Notes under the pieces: generated by a model
Told to the model about the DNA's origin: nothing
The model's database searches: none
The model's input: only the letters and a program-made list of their open reading frames with translations
Made by a program: the position numbers and the translations under genes
Part shown: piece by piece, positions 27,649-37,112 of the stretch
Numbering within the stretch: the first letter of the stretch is position 1
Layout: the number at the start of each line of letters is the position of its first letter
From: a virus
Taxonomy: Duplodnaviria > Heunggongvirae > Uroviricota > Caudoviricetes
Length of the DNA: 64,000 nt
Strand: one strand, 5' to 3'
Virus record (IMG/VR): IMGVR_UViG_3300017605_000626
Coordinates: 1-64,000 of that record

Positions 27649-28659
27649 TGAATAGCGCCTGCCTTGCGCTCTTGAAAAACAAAGTTTAGTTTACTAGAGT
27701 GCAAACCCAGTACCATAGGCCAACCTATTTTTAGACTAGGAGAATGAATCACTTACATGCCTGCCTGTCAAATGACAGGAACGCAAGTGTAACTTGATTA
27801 CCCTTTTTGTGCAAAACAAGGAAAAAAGTGGAAACCTGCCTGCCTGATACAACAAATGTATTTTTGTAGTCTAGTCGATACACTTTTCCACAAGGCAATC
27901 TAATTGCCAATCTGTGTATCTACTACAATACAAAGTACTTAGTGAAAACCTTGCACATACAATGTGCATATGCCTCAAATTCGCACGTAAATAGGCCTAG
28001 AATCGTTCCTGCCTGCCTGCCAGTACCTCAGCATAGGCGAAAATTGAAGTGTTTAGAATCAACAAGTTAGACTTACTATATTTTACGAATTTGCAGGCAT
28101 GTTCCACTTGAAATAAATACAAATGTATGAACATACTCAACAAACATACATATGTATGTAGCAACAAATGTATGTATGCGCCTGGCAACAATACTACAAT
28201 GCTAGCATTGTAACAATGTAGCAATGTGGCAATGTGCCTGCGTATCATTATATAGTGCATTCTTTCATGCCTGCCTGTGTACCAAGTTCACTATGCAATG
28301 CCTTTGTGTGTAGGGCATAGTGCTTCTTTGCCTGACCTGCCTGCGTAGTGAATAAACCGTCTGCCATGCAAGGCAATGTGGAGGGAAGCATAGGTGAGCT
28401 GACCTGCGAGGTATGTGCGCGGAAGGTTCCTGTATCGCGTGGGGTTTCAGGTTCCTGTATGGCAGACGGTTTCTGTGGCATGGGAAGAGAATACCACGGC
28501 AGCCAAGCTTTTGTTGAATCTAAACGAGTTACGAGCGAAAAGTGGGTGGAAACTGTGGCAGATTCGGTGCCTTTTCGGTGCCTGGCAGACCGAGCCGGCA
28601 TGGGTGGGCGGTGCAGACCTGGATATAGAGCGTAAGGCTACTCTGACAAAAAATGGAAA

Positions 28660-29045
28660 ATAAAGGGTTTGTCAACCTTTTAATGCATATTATAGGTTAA
28701 TGTTTATATAGAGATATACTACAGGCGGGAGAAAATATAGTAAAATATGAGAGAATATATAGGGGAGAAAATAAAATAGGGGCTTGCAAGTGTCAACCTT
28801 TTTGTGGGTGGAAGTCCTATTTCTTACTGATTATATAAGTGTCATGGGCTATAATTAATAAAACAATGAGTATACAGAAGAGTAGAATGTCAGTTATAAT
28901 TGTGGGGTACATTGACTTAACTCCTTATTTCTTAATAACTTTGTATATTTCATAGGCGACAAAACCGCCCAAAATAAAGACTACAAGCCATATAATAACC
29001 AGATAAAAAATAATAATATTACTCATTGAGTGTCAACCTTTTTTA
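28660..29045 (+). repeat. three copies of (T/G)TGTCAACCTTTT(T) each preceded by a short palindrome
   Basis: Copies at 28665-28680, 28786-28800 and 29025-29041. They could be promoters (TTGTCA/GTGTCA -35-like with AT-rich -10 downstream) or protein-binding sites. Confidence 0.4.
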
Positions 29046-29684
29046 TGAAATAATAATATTAATACAAGTGCTTTTATCTATAAAAATAATTTATACCAGA
29101 GAAACGGGGGCAAATCCTTATTGTGTAAGGACTTACCCCGTATTAAGGTAGTTTAGCGTTTCGGAGGGACTAAACTAGGTTTGGGAGAGATTTAATAATA
29201 ACCAGATTTTACAGTCTCTAACAACTCTTTTAATTCGTCTTCTAAACTTTCTAAAGCTAAAAAAGCTGGACCATTTTGATACTTTTTTTTATGTTTATTA
29301 ATGATATTTAAGATGTCTTTTAAAAGACTTTCCTGAGCTATAGAACTAAACATTCCCATATTTTAACCTGTTATCTTTCATTATTTATCGTTTAATAAAT
29401 TCTTTATAGCTGGCGGGCCATTCCACTGCTTGTCCACATGAACTACAAAACCTCCATTCAGGCATAAGTGTAGATTCATTACATTTTGGACATTTAAACC
29501 AAGGCCCATATAATTCATCCCAACTATCAAATTTCTCAACTGGTAATTGTTCCATTACTTCTCCTTTGATTTATAACCATATCTTGTATTTAGCTGGTAT
29601 TTAATGTCTTTCGGTAAATACTTATACCTTTTCTTTATATCTTTTATCAGTTCATTCATCCAGCCGGGTTTATCCAGATCAATC

Positions 29685-30011
29685 TTATCCTTTTTCATTT
29701 AATAAGTTCCTTATATCTGATTTAGTAGGTAAATTTAAACAAACTTCTTTTATTTGAGCTATATGCATTTTAACTAAACATGGGCGGGGAAGCCAATCAG
29801 CTTTACCTGTATCTGGGTGACACCTATCTAATCTATCTTCCTCGTCCCAATCATCTTTTACATCTTCCATAAACTCTTCTACTTTAGCCCTAGCTTCTTC
29901 CATTGTGTCAAATGGATCAGACATTGTATAATCATTTAAAAAAGGAAATAAATCTTTATAATCTTCAGAATCACTATAAAAATATCTAAGAACTACATAC
30001 TTATCTTTCAT
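29685..30011 (-). CDS. hypothetical acidic protein (108 aa)
   Basis: Track ORF. Confidence 0.4.
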   Translation of the reverse strand: MKDKYVVLRYFYSDSEDYKDLFPFLNDYTMSDPFDTMEEARAKVEEFMEDVKDDWDEEDRLDRCHPDTGKADWLPRPCLVKMHIAQIKEVCLNLPTKSDIRNLLNEKG

Positions 30012-30040
30012 TCTTATTTACCTATCGTTTAACAAGTTCT

Positions 30041-30406
30041 TTATAAATTATAATTTTCTTTAATAATCTTATCTTGTTCTAGTATCTTTTTATATACTAG
30101 ATAAGAAAAATTGACTTCTATATATTTATTACACTTACAAGATAATTTAAATGAGTCGGCTTGAGGTTTATAACAGCAACGCCCTTCTTTATATTTGCCA
30201 TTGAGATGATCCTCTAAAAATAAATGATCACTTTTCATATGGCCACACACACAAATAAGATTTTTCTTGTGTATTATAAAATCAGAAAAAGGTTTACCAC
30301 AAGCACAAGGACCACCATTATCTCGTTCATCATCACTTACACACATACAACCATCTTGTTTATGCTCAAAAACTAAATGGCCACATATATCACATACTTC
30401 TTTCAT
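30041..30406 (-). CDS. Cys/His-rich metal-binding protein (121 aa)
   Basis: CDICGH..C.C...CACG..C.CGH. Confidence 0.4.
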   Translation of the reverse strand: MKEVCDICGHLVFEHKQDGCMCVSDDERDNGGPCACGKPFSDFIIHKKNLICVCGHMKSDHLFLEDHLNGKYKEGRCCYKPQADSFKLSCKCNKYIEVNFSYLVYKKILEQDKIIKENYNL

Positions 30407-30541
30407 ATTAGCTCTCTTTCTTATCTACCTTTGGTCGCCAACCAAGCTTTAATAGTTCTTTAGTATGTTTTTTAATTAACTTTTTAAGTATTTCTTGAGC
30501 TTCCTCTTTTGTGGTCGGTTTAAACCCACGTTTTCTTTCCA

Positions 30542-30772
30542 TTATCTATACTCCACTATAACAGGTAATGAACCAGCCACATATTTAGGCTGAGCGCCAT
30601 ACATTTTAATTTGTTTTTCATTAAAACCAAGTTTAACTAATAAAGCGTTAAATTCTACATCATTTAAATTACCATAGTCAGCAATATTACCTGGATATCC
30701 TTTTTCATAAGAAACACTTACAAAATTCCTCAAACACTTCAATTCATTATTAGTTAACTCAACAGTTATCAT
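30542..30772 (-). CDS. hypothetical protein (76 aa)
   Basis: Track ORF. Confidence 0.35.
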   Translation of the reverse strand: MITVELTNNELKCLRNFVSVSYEKGYPGNIADYGNLNDVEFNALLVKLGFNEKQIKMYGAQPKYVAGSLPVIVEYR

Positions 30773-30795
30773 ACAATTTCCTCTAACTTACTTTT

Positions 30796-31026
30796 TTAGT
30801 GCATGTAATAAGAATTAGACAACATTCTTAATAAAGCAATTCTATTATTTCTTATGGTTGGATTTTCATCCATAATAAAAACCTTATCAAAAAAGTTTTC
30901 TACACAACCTTCAAAAAAACTACCACCATTAATAGCATTATACAATATTTTCTCTTCAGGTTGTATAAATAATTCTGGATTAACTGTATCTATCTTTTTT
31001 AATAAGTTATTAATTCTTTCTTTCAT
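30796..31026 (-). CDS. hypothetical protein (76 aa)
   Basis: Track ORF. Confidence 0.35.
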   Translation of the reverse strand: MKERINNLLKKIDTVNPELFIQPEEKILYNAINGGSFFEGCVENFFDKVFIMDENPTIRNNRIALLRMLSNSYYMH

Positions 31027-31220
31027 TGTTCATTCCTGTATAAATTCATCTCTTCAAGCTGCTCTTTAGTCAGGTAAATACCAATCTTCTTTTCACCTTC
31101 ACTTAGAAACCCAGTTCTATGTCCTTCAGTAGCATCAACCCAAAGACAGCCCCCATCATCTATCATGAATCTAATACCATCCTGAATCTTTGTCCAGTTT
31201 CTACTTATTACATTACTCAT
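31023..31220 (-). CDS. hypothetical protein (65 aa)
   Basis: Overlap-coupled. Confidence 0.35.
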   Translation of the reverse strand: MSNVISRNWTKIQDGIRFMIDDGGCLWVDATEGHRTGFLSEGEKKIGIYLTKEQLEEMNLYRNEQ

Positions 31221-32025
31221 GTATCACCTTCCAAAATTTAATATTCTTAGGATCTTCAGCAACCACAGTATTACTCTTAGCATCAAACCCAAACAAATGA
31301 GAACCAAATACCAAAGTACAAGACACCAATACTACAGGTTCATTACGACGATTAGCTGTTTTTTCTACAGTTACATCTAACTCATCCAAATTATAATAAC
31401 ATGCTATTGGCTGGCCTTCAATAATATAGGACTCATATTGTGGGGCAGCTTTACTCTTTAATGTATTCACTGTAACCATGTCTGATACAAAAATTCTTTT
31501 GCTGTCGTTGACAAGTGGCATTAGTTTAGCTAAGTTTTTCGCAAAAATAGCACTATGACACATGAATACAGACTTTTGCTGGACACTAAACAGATCAAAC
31601 CATTCATCTTCTTTAACAACATTCGGGGTATTTCGAGCCGCCCACCCTAAAGTTTTAGAAGTAATAAACTCAGATAACCTTTTAGCAATGTTATTGCTTA
31701 TATCTTGATAACCATTATCAGGCAAAGTTTCCTCTATTGCTGTAGCTAACCCACCACGAAATAATTTGGCATGTTCTCCAGGAGTTTCTATTATTATCTT
31801 TTCTTCTACATTAATTCTTTTCCAAAAAGGAATTTTTATAAATAAATTCCCAGATTCAAAGCTTTGTGTAACAGGGAATTCATCCTGCATTATCATAATT
31901 CTAGAGTTCTCTTTTCTATATTGCTCAAAATTTTCCTTTATAGACTCTTTAATTCTGGCAGCATCGAGCATTGCAATTAAATGAGTATTAGTTGGATAAA
32001 CTCTTTCAAACTTATTTTCACTCAT
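31213..32025 (-). CDS. hypothetical protein (270 aa)
   Basis: Long ORF. Confidence 0.5.
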   Translation of the reverse strand: MSENKFERVYPTNTHLIAMLDAARIKESIKENFEQYRKENSRIMIMQDEFPVTQSFESGNLFIKIPFWKRINVEEKIIIETPGEHAKLFRGGLATAIEETLPDNGYQDISNNIAKRLSEFITSKTLGWAARNTPNVVKEDEWFDLFSVQQKSVFMCHSAIFAKNLAKLMPLVNDSKRIFVSDMVTVNTLKSKAAPQYESYIIEGQPIACYYNLDELDVTVEKTANRRNEPVVLVSCTLVFGSHLFGFDAKSNTVVAEDPKNIKFWKVIHE

Positions 32026-32408
32026 ATAGTAAACCTTTTTATAAATTCCTTTGGTACATTACCATTATACTTACAAAACTCTTCTTCGTCAAGAACATTT
32101 TCACAAGCTAAATAAACCGCATTTAAATAAGTTAAGTAATAAATTCCAAATCTCTTACTCATCTTAGGAAAATCATGTTTAACATTGGTCTGAGCCGCCT
32201 CATCAAACTCTATCAATCCTTCATTAACAAACCTATTCCACCCCGCCACATGCTTCCCATCAGTCATATCAAAATCAAATTTAAGTTTTATACTTATTAA
32301 CCTCAATTCTATTAGGAACCTCCCAACTCTTACCGCCATACCAATGTGATACTTGAGCAGGTTTAAACCCAACTCCGCTAATTTTATATTCAGGATATTC
32401 TCCATCAT
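32022..32408 (-). CDS. hypothetical protein (128 aa)
   Basis: Overlap-coupled. Confidence 0.4.
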   Translation of the reverse strand: MMENILNIKLAELGLNLLKYHIGMAVRVGRFLIELRLISIKLKFDFDMTDGKHVAGWNRFVNEGLIEFDEAAQTNVKHDFPKMSKRFGIYYLTYLNAVYLACENVLDEEEFCKYNGNVPKEFIKRFTI

Positions 32409-32495
32409 CTGCTACGTACATATCCAAATCACCGTGCTCTTCCATTAGTTGCCTTAATTTCCCAATCAGTTCACTAATTTTCATAAACCTAGTCC

Positions 32496-32702
32496 TTAAT
32501 CCATTTTAGCTCGTCTACTAAATACTTCAATCATGCCGCCAAAAACCGCCACAATAAGAAACCATTGCTTATAAGTAAATAGAAATGGAGGAAATTCTAA
32601 AAGATACCTAGCCACAAGTGCATTTATAGCTATAGCAATAATACAACCAACAAGATTACAACAAAATTTCGTTACATGTTCCATTACGTTAAAAACCTCC
32701 AT
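32496..32702 (-). CDS. small membrane protein (68 aa)
   Basis: Two TM helices. Confidence 0.35.
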   Translation of the reverse strand: MEVFNVMEHVTKFCCNLVGCIIAIAINALVARYLLEFPPFLFTYKQWFLIVAVFGGMIEVFSRRAKMD

Positions 32703-33208
32703 TCATCTAAATACTCATCATCCAACTTAAACTCAGGCCAATCCCGCCCTCTGTAATACATTGCCCCTTCCTTATTAGGCCAATCTTTAAATCCAAACCC
32801 AGTATAAAGATGATAAGCCACACTCTTGTATTCTGTTCCAAGCACTAGAAGTTTCCCAGAACGAGAATTGAAATCTTCTAGTAAATGCTTTAATATAGCA
32901 GACGCAACTCCTTTTTTTCTATGTTTTGGCGGAACGTAAACATGAGCTAAATGCCCAACTCCGTACTTCTCCGCTGTCATTATATTACCCATAATTTCAA
33001 AGTGAGTGCAACTTAAACCCAAATAAAACCTTGTTACTGACTCCCCTTTTCCGGCAAACACCTTGTCAATATGCTCTTTATATTGTGAAGGTTTATGCTC
33101 AAGAAAAGGCTTTATATGTTCTTCCCAATTTTCATCTGGTGCTATAACATCTACTAAATGAATTAATTCTCTGGACTTTAACCATGCCTCTATATAACGA
33201 TACGCCAT
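32684..33208 (-). CDS. GNAT-family N-acetyltransferase
   Basis: HRKKGVASAILKHLL (R/Q-x-x-G-x-A acetyl-CoA motif). Confidence 0.5.
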   Translation of the reverse strand: MAYRYIEAWLKSRELIHLVDVIAPDENWEEHIKPFLEHKPSQYKEHIDKVFAGKGESVTRFYLGLSCTHFEIMGNIMTAEKYGVGHLAHVYVPPKHRKKGVASAILKHLLEDFNSRSGKLLVLGTEYKSVAYHLYTGFGFKDWPNKEGAMYYRGRDWPEFKLDDEYLDEWRFLT

Positions 33209-33342
33209 TCTCTTTCTTCTTTACATAAATTTTTAACGTGTTTTTGTGGATGCGTTACCCCACTACAACTGAGGATAATGAATTGGACAAAGACCGCTTG
33301 TTGATCTGCAAGTACAACCCGTCAGAGAGCATCACCTTCCTT

Positions 33343-33603
33343 TTACCTAAGCCCCACGAATGGAGTCATTTGAGTATGTGACTCATCTTTATCTACATAC
33401 TCTATGTTTTCAATACTAAAATACCAGAAGTCATCATCATAACGACATACAGGCATATCACCATATTTATCCAACACTTGGTTTAATTTTTCTATTAATT
33501 GAGTAATTTTCATATTAGCCCCATTGATCTGCAAAGGCGTCTGCAATACCTTGAAATGTGCGATTACGAATCTTTTGTCTTTCTGGTGAAGGGCTTGGCT
33601 CAT
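33343..33603 (-). CDS. hypothetical protein (86 aa)
   Basis: Overlaps the next gene. The start may be internal. Confidence 0.3.
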   Translation of the reverse strand: MSQALHQKDKRFVIAHFKVLQTPLQINGANMKITQLIEKLNQVLDKYGDMPVCRYDDDFWYFSIENIEYVDKDESHTQMTPFVGLR

Positions 33604-34135
33604 AGTACCATTTAGCCAGCTTCTTACCAGACTTACTTATTCTATATTCAGGCTCTACTATTTTGGTCGGCTTTAGTAATGGAAGTCCTTTAAGCCATAA
33701 GCAAGTTTTTTTCGGCTCACTATGTCCAAACTGAAACGGCTGTATAATCTGGTCAGGCTTTCTCCAACGAGTACTCATAATCCCAACGGGGTTCTCTATA
33801 CATATTCTAGGTATATTAGCATTAGCCAGAGACATAAAAAACTCAACCGCCTTTTCTCTATCTTGTTCTCTATTAGGAAATCTATCTTTATATTCAGGTT
33901 TAAACCATTTATTTCCAGTAATAGTAAGATAAGTACATGGTGGATGGGCTATCATCAAGTCCCATCTAGGTCGTCCACCACTAATTTCCCAATGTAGTAT
34001 TTCTAAAACATCTCCTTTTATGTGTTGTCCTTGCATTTCTGTTTGTTCTAAATCACAGGATACAGCATTATGCCCTTTAGCTGTAAAAGCTTCTCTTACT
34101 ATACCAGAAAATTCACAGGCAATCAATATGTTCAT
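33515..34135 (-). CDS. putative short DNA (cytosine-5)-methyltransferase-like protein
   Basis: CEFSGIV (motif I-like F-x-G-x-G), HPPCTYLT (PC motif IV-like), ICIENPVG (ENV motif VI-like). Only 206 aa, so no TRD. Tentative. Confidence 0.4.
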   Translation of the reverse strand: MNILIACEFSGIVREAFTAKGHNAVSCDLEQTEMQGQHIKGDVLEILHWEISGGRPRWDLMIAHPPCTYLTITGNKWFKPEYKDRFPNREQDREKAVEFFMSLANANIPRICIENPVGIMSTRWRKPDQIIQPFQFGHSEPKKTCLWLKGLPLLKPTKIVEPEYRISKSGKKLAKWYYEPSPSPERQKIRNRTFQGIADAFADQWG

Positions 34136-34136
34136 A

Positions 34137-34364
34137 TTAATACTTGTTGGCTAAATAATCTTCTAAGTACTGATCTATAATAGACACTCTAAGTTCTCTT
34201 AATGTTTCGGCTCCAACACCATTCTTTTCCGCTTCATTTAAATATTCATTAGCCTGCCCAAGTAAAGAAAATTTCTCACTTCGTATATCCTTTGTCTTAG
34301 AATATTCTATCAAGTTTTTTGCTGTCATAACAAGATGCATACTCATATCGGCCTTACATACCAT
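34137..34364 (-). CDS. hypothetical protein (75 aa)
   Basis: Track ORF. Confidence 0.35.
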   Translation of the reverse strand: MVCKADMSMHLVMTAKNLIEYSKTKDIRSEKFSLLGQANEYLNEAEKNGVGAETLRELRVSIIDQYLEDYLANKY

Positions 34365-34728
34365 TATTTTTGCCTTCTAATTGTCTTGCTAAAGCCTCAT
34401 TTAATGCTGGTTCATCAGTAATATCCACAAAAGGACCATCATTCATAGCTTTTTTAATATCGCCTTTAAGCTTAACTTCTTCATAACCTAAGTTATAGTC
34501 TAAAACATGATTTGGTTCTTCACTTTTATTTCTTCTTTCAAATGCTTTTGCTATCCATTTCATAAAGTAAATAGCTTTATCTTTGTCTTTAAATGTTGCA
34601 GTTCCAACATCTGACAATGGCACTGCAAAAGTTAATCCGCCCGGAAAATCTACTTTATATATAAAGTTATTGTCTCTGAAATACTGAAATTTAACTGTCC
34701 GACCTTTAATAAAATCTATAAGCGGCAT
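34354..34728 (-). CDS. hypothetical protein (124 aa)
   Basis: Track ORF. Confidence 0.4.
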   Translation of the reverse strand: MPLIDFIKGRTVKFQYFRDNNFIYKVDFPGGLTFAVPLSDVGTATFKDKDKAIYFMKWIAKAFERRNKSEEPNHVLDYNLGYEEVKLKGDIKKAMNDGPFVDITDEPALNEALARQLEGKNNGM

Positions 34729-34736
34729 ATTATCTC

Positions 34737-35198
34737 CTAATCAGGCAAAGGTAATGATGTCTGTAATACTGGAAGAGAAATTAAATTAAAAGGAGTTACA
34801 GTCTGAGGTTTAAATAATGAAGAACCTAATGCAAATCTAAAACCAACTGTAAGAATAGTAGCCAATCTAAAAATTTCTCTTTCCTTTTCTATTCTAAACA
34901 TGGTAGAAGGATGACAATAAAATGAATTAGTTTTATCTGTCATTTTACTTTCTATGTAATCTATCATTTTATGACGTATTTCATTACATAAATAAAAAAT
35001 TTCTTCTGATGATTTCTCTTCTAAAAACTTATCAAATATTTCCATCGCTATGCAACCATGAAAATTATCTAATTTTTCTACACCTTCGCTATCAATAGAT
35101 CCGGCAAAAAAATTATTTTCAATTATTTTTAATTTTGGATGTTTACGTTTTAATTCTCTAAACAACTGATCTATAACTATATCTACATATGTGTTCAT
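34737..35198 (-). CDS. hypothetical protein (153 aa)
   Basis: Track ORF. Confidence 0.4.
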   Translation of the reverse strand: MNTYVDIVIDQLFRELKRKHPKLKIIENNFFAGSIDSEGVEKLDNFHGCIAMEIFDKFLEEKSSEEIFYLCNEIRHKMIDYIESKMTDKTNSFYCHPSTMFRIEKEREIFRLATILTVGFRFALGSSLFKPQTVTPFNLISLPVLQTSLPLPD

Positions 35199-35200
35199 AA

Positions 35201-35788
35201 TTAAACGTACTCTTGATATTTAAATCTACCTTTAATTGGATCAGCTATTAATATCCAGCTTGGATAGGTATGAACTAAGTCGGCACTATGACTGTCCATC
35301 ATGTAGAAATTATAATCTTCATTAACCATTTTAAGTTGTCTTATTATACACTCTTCTGATCCTTCTTTCAACTGATTTCTTAAATCTCCCATTATTTCAT
35401 AGCGGGGCCTGAAGCCATGATTCATATCGTCTACAATGACCACATCTTCTTTTCTTCCAGCACGTAAAATAGCGGCTATTGAACTATGAAACGGCGATCT
35501 TGTTTCTTTAGGATCGCCGTTTGCATCAAGATATATAACACAAGGATCTGCAATTTCATTTAAAATGCCATCTAACAAATCACCACAATCCCCTAAATGC
35601 AAACTTACTTTAGGATCAAAGTTAAACTTATGCTGGCAATACCTATACTTATCAGGATTAATTTCTATAGAATGTATCTTTTTAAAACCAGCCTCAAGTG
35701 CAGCAGTTATACCATCACCATTCGCAGACCCACACTCTACAAAATCTGTAGCAACAAAACTATATAATTCTGTTCTAGAAATAGGCAC
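35201..35788 (-). CDS. FkbM-family SAM-dependent methyltransferase
   Basis: FVECGSANGDG (FkbM V-D-V-G-A-N-x-G-like motif). Confidence 0.5.
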   Translation of the reverse strand: MPISRTELYSFVATDFVECGSANGDGITAALEAGFKKIHSIEINPDKYRYCQHKFNFDPKVSLHLGDCGDLLDGILNEIADPCVIYLDANGDPKETRSPFHSSIAAILRAGRKEDVVIVDDMNHGFRPRYEIMGDLRNQLKEGSEECIIRQLKMVNEDYNFYMMDSHSADLVHTYPSWILIADPIKGRFKYQEYV

Positions 35789-35791
35789 AGT

Positions 35792-35998
35792 TTACTCCCT
35801 TACTAAAACATTATTTGTTAAAATATTTCTATTGCCATTGATAAGAATCACATCTACATTTTTAATAATACAGTTATGAATCATACTATCACCTGTCATT
35901 TCAATTGTGGCTTTTTTTGCTGGCTCCGCTAGTAAAGCACTAGGAACTGCCAACAAGCCTAGCAATGGTAATTTATTTAAAAAAAATCTTCTATTCAT
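35792..35998 (-). CDS. small exported protein with Tat-like signal peptide
   Basis: MNRRFFLNKLPLLGLLAVPSALLA (RRxFL twin-arginine motif, AxA site). Confidence 0.4.
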   Translation of the reverse strand: MNRRFFLNKLPLLGLLAVPSALLAEPAKKATIEMTGDSMIHNCIIKNVDVILINGNRNILTNNVLVRE

Positions 35999-36389
35999 TT
36001 TCTTTTCCTTTTCCAGCAGTTCTACATGTTTTAATAGTTATTTCTAATTCTTCGACAAATCCCATCAATAATTTATATTCCTCTTCAGTTATATTACCAC
36101 CACACATACATGTAGTAGCTCTATCTATTAAACCACAAACTGTTTGAATGTATTTGCTAGTCATATCATCTTATTAATAACAAAATTTAAAAACACCACA
36201 AGAACAGTACATACTATCACCAAATTTATGGCCACCATCAGCTATACAAGCATTTTTCTTTCCTTGGACACATTTTATATTTCTACACTCATAATAATAT
36301 TCCTACTCTCCTGTATGAGCATTGTATTTTTGCCAAAGAAAGGAAAATGTTCTAACTTTTCCAGCAATTGACCACATCTTGTGCAGTAT

Positions 36390-36734
36390 CTATCTTTCAT
36401 ATAACACCCTTATATCTGCAATAACTTGACTCAAAGCTAATCTTTCTGATTTGCGGGGTATAAAGCCTGATCTACGCCTATGCTCTTCCTTAAATACTTC
36501 CATGCAATCTAGTTTACCCCTTGTGTGATTACATTTATAACACGCCATAACCACCTCATTTTTATTTGCATTGTTTCTCAAAGGGTTAAGTTTTGAGTAT
36601 AGGTGGTCTAAGGTGGCGAAATTTGGAGGAGGATGTGGCGTATTCTTCCCCTTCTTAGGCAACATACATTGAACATTACACCAATGACACCGCTTATCTT
36701 GTATTAACCACAAATTATGTAATTTCGACGACAT
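36390..36734 (-). CDS. HNH endonuclease
   Basis: CHWCN...LDH...N...CYKCNHTRG. Confidence 0.6.
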   Translation of the reverse strand: MSSKLHNLWLIQDKRCHWCNVQCMLPKKGKNTPHPPPNFATLDHLYSKLNPLRNNANKNEVVMACYKCNHTRGKLDCMEVFKEEHRRRSGFIPRKSERLALSQVIADIRVLYER

Positions 36735-36737
36735 AAA

Positions 36738-37112
36738 CTATTTCTTCATTCCTCCTACATTTTCTCTAATGATATCATTCTTATTTAATTCTGTCCAGTA
36801 AATTTCATAGGCGATTGTATTATCTTCTAAAACTTCAAACATATGAGGTACTTTTGGTGGCACCGTACAATACTGTGTAGACTCTAACACAGTTTCATCT
36901 ATAAGTCCATAGCTCATCCAAGTATTTATTTTTATCTTCCCAGATTCAACAAAAAACATGTTGAACTTATTCTCATGTGAGTGTAATGAACAATATCCAC
37001 CAAGTTTTCCAACAATTCTATGAATCTCGACATTGTTTTTGTCGAACAACAATGATGTGCTACCCCAAACTTTACCCTGTACCTGCATCTTATATAAACT
37101 CCGTTGAATCAA
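36738..37112 (-). CDS. cupin-fold protein
   Basis: GGYCSLHSHENKFNMFFVESGK. Small beta-barrel size. Confidence 0.4.
   Translation of the reverse strand: MIQRSLYKMQVQGKVWGSTSLLFDKNNVEIHRIVGKLGGYCSLHSHENKFNMFFVESGKIKINTWMSYGLIDETVLESTQYCTVPPKVPHMFEVLEDNTIAYEIYWTELNKNDIIRENVGGMKK

Larger units (their letters stand above)
25300..28350. repeat. dispersed short-repeat cluster CCTGCCTG / GACCTGCCTGACCTG (at least 18 copies), mostly in one orientation
   Basis: For example 25587-25612 aacctgcctgcctgacctgacctg, 26603-26640, 27757-27771, 27833-27850, 28008-28029, 28267-28284, 28328-28348. Confidence 0.7.

Noticed and set aside
25040-28650. Calling the GC-rich island a transposon or integrative element
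   Set aside because: No integrase, transposase, recombinase motifs or terminal inverted/direct repeats were recognisable. Only its compositional foreignness and the repeat cluster are supported.
27997-28663. Four mutually overlapping ORFs (27997..28260, 28248..28601, 28348..28635, 28415..28663)
   Set aside because: They are mutually exclusive frames in a GC-rich repeat and palindrome region. This is more consistent with open frames by composition, and the region is interpreted as noncoding, origin-like.
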